DNA from: Heptranchias perlo
Taxonomy: Eukaryota
Length of the DNA stretch: 64,000 bases
Assembly (NCBI RefSeq): GCF_035084215.1
Contig: NC_090327.1
Span: forward strand, 68,944,001-69,008,000
Direction of reading: 5' to 3'
Position 1 is the stretch's first letter. Every line of letters starts with the position of its first letter. The notes beneath the pieces were generated by a model. That model had not been told where the DNA came from. It did no database searches and worked only from the letters and a program-made list of their open reading frames with translations. Of this stretch, positions 61,320-64,000 are shown piece after piece. A program made the position numbers and the translations under genes.

Positions 61320-64000
61320 CAGGATAAAATACTTTAACTGAAAAACATTTGCCAATAAAAGAATGCAATCGGGCTGAATTTACTCTGAGTTTCTCCCAAT
61401 CCTCCATTTTAAATTCTAAATAAGTAATGTATTCCACATCATTTTAAATTCGGCAGTAGTACAGCAGAAACCCTGTTTAAGCATGTAAACTGGATTTTCT
61501 TCGCATTTCCGCTTAGGCACATCTCTGCTATTTTCCAAGTGGCATCAATTCGCATTAAATCACTATTAAATCCATTCTGTTGTTATTAGGTACAATATGA
61601 TTAAAATCTGAAATATTTTGATGAATTTTCTTGCCTGTTTGGGTGAGGCTCACCCAAGGTTATTTTGGTGGGTCCATGGCATATTTAAGCAAATATTTAT
61701 CACGATACTTCAAAATGAAACCATTGGTATGTTATAAATCTTTTTGGTCACATTGCACTTTAACTTAATGTTCAATATAAAAAGCCTAATTCATATAAAT
61801 GAGTGGTTTGCATCAGCTCAGATTTAACTTTGCCATTGTAGCTATGATATACCGTATAATAATTAAGACCTTTTTGCTAAAACGTGCAAGGTTACATTTG
61901 AGGTATTTGAGGTGGCGGTGTGCGTTACTTACTGATAGTGCATATCTTTCATTCATTATTGCTTAGGAAAAAGAAGCCATAGACAAGAATTGGCTGCATA
62001 AAAAGCTACCCCAGGCCAAAGGAATTCTGTTAAGTGAGATTCATTTTATCACTTCTGAAGCAACAAAGCCCACTTAAAATGTTCTAGTATTCATAGTCAC
62101 CAAGGTTAATTAATGTTTCAAAACTATGAGATTACATTTTTAAAATCTGGAAATGAAAGCGGCTATACCTTCGTTATAAAACGTGTTTAAGTATTATTAA
62201 GCACAGATTTATAAGGTCCACATGTGACTGACATATTTGAAATTGTAGTGGAAAAATATGCAAATCAGAGGCTAGCAACAATTCATCATCATGGTAAAGA
62301 ATCTGACACTGCCTGTCACGAGGGAAGTTAATGCAGGCAGGTACTTTCCATTGCCTTCCAATAAAAGGATAAGAATTAATTTGCATACATCTATCAAGCA
62401 AATGATATTAGGCTCAATTAAAACCATTATTATTTTGAGCTATGTGAGGCAAAATGCCTTTCAGTTATACTTGCAACAAATAAAATAGTTTTTCCACACA
62501 AAAGACATATATCCCTGGCTCATAACTAGTGTTTTGCATTTGTAACATCCAATATAGTTTGAATTATTGAATATATTTATATTCACTTGAGAGCAAGATT
62601 TCCCCTAAGAATCCATCTTCTGTTACTTGGTGTGAAGGCGAATGGTACACTTTTTATAATCACAGATTTCATTTGATTTAATTTAAGATTCAACTTCATT
62701 TTTATCAAAGTAATTGTCTATTAGATTTTATAAAATAATAAAATGACAAAATATTTGACACTGGAATTGAAACTTTTTTTTAGTGTAATACCTGATGTAT
62801 TACCGATGTATTCTAGAAGACATGTTAAGCTGCACATCCATTATTTGTGATATATCCATGGAGGAAAGGTTTTACACCTTTTTGTGCATTTACATAGCCC
62901 GATGCCTGTGTATGTACCCTCATCATTTAATAATGATGTAATATACTATCTTCCTTCCACAGTGTGTAGCTACTTCATTTCAATCACTTCAGCTTTTAAA
63001 GCAGCAACAATGGGCTGGGGTAGGAGCAGTGATGGGACTCAGGTAGTGGACTGGGCAGTACTCAGGTAGAATCCATGGCAGGACTTGGGTAGGGGTCTGG
63101 GTGGGACCCAAAAAGAAGCTGTGGCAGGGAAGAGGCTGGTTGACAAATGTATGCTGCCATTTCCAGTTAAGCAGTAACCGTGAAAATGTAATTTTAATAT
63201 TAGTGGTAGGTTGGATGTCAATCTGTGATAATGTACGTTTCAGATTCTGTCAGTTATTTTTATTCTAACCATTGACACTGAACTTTATAATGGTGAGAAT
63301 TGTAGTTAAATGAAGTATTTCTTAATCGTGTAATGAGTTTTCATATGATAGTACACTGAACATGCTCGTCCTTAGAGGCTGTCAGTGAGGAATGTTTGTA
63401 ATGCACAAATTATACAGTTAAACTATGAGATATGAGTGAAAAAAAGATTTTATTTCAGACAGTGTAACAATTAATGGGCAGCAGCAATGCTGCAAGACTT
63501 AATGAGATACATGTAGAATTATAGATGGTTAGGAGCTGCAATTTGGGAAAGATACACGCGACACAACAAACCATGAGGAGGAAGCTCGGAAGGTTTGTTG
63601 ATGGCAGATAAATCTTAAGATTAAATTGCAGCCTTTTGCCTGCTCTCTTCCATCTATTTTTATAATATAGTGCAATGACAATAAAATGAAAACAATACTA
63701 ATGATTACAGCTAAAAGTAGAGCTAAAATTATATTGACTGAAGAGTGTGAGAGGCCATTATGGTGACATCACTGAGCTGTCACGTGCTTCACACTAGGGT
63801 ATGATAAGTAAAACAACAAGGAAATTCAAATTGTAGTTTATATTACATAACAATATTGTGATAATATAAATCTGCAAAATAAATAATATATTATCCCAAT
63901 GTGATTCAAGTTTTCTGGTATAATCAGCTCTTGTTATCCCAAAACATGTAAAGGTCAGTACTCTTTTTATTTATATCATCTGCCTTTTCTTGAAAACTTG

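Overview
Eukaryotic, repeat-dense, non-coding DNA (intronic or intergenic), most likely from a cartilaginous fish (shark). The taxon is inferred from the repeat content: CR1 LINEs with (GATTCTAT)n/(TTATGTTC)n tails, L2 LINEs, a second CR1-group LINE ('LINE-B'), DeuSINE-like SINEs, Penelope elements, and many PIF/Harbinger transposons and MITEs. I recognise no intact host protein-coding gene; nearly all listed ORFs are transposon fragments, their antisense frames, or G-rich repeat artefacts. The items worth follow-up are: (i) several splice-site-bounded, decayed exon-like blocks on the minus strand, including an old tandemly duplicated pair and one split in-frame by a CR1, which may be a pseudogene or lncRNA; (ii) Penelope-borne minimal hammerhead ribozyme motifs, one inside a perfect 84-bp-arm palindrome; (iii) a solo LTR with a 4-bp TSD nested in a MITE; (iv) two LINE-B copies that fold back at almost the same position; (v) a Harbinger Myb/SANT gene with phase-compatible splice sites; (vi) AT-rich, homeodomain/octamer-motif-rich unique blocks that could be conserved enhancers. 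I do not see evidence for a wholly new system. Family names come from motif recognition, not database searches, and the boundaries of decayed repeats are approximate.
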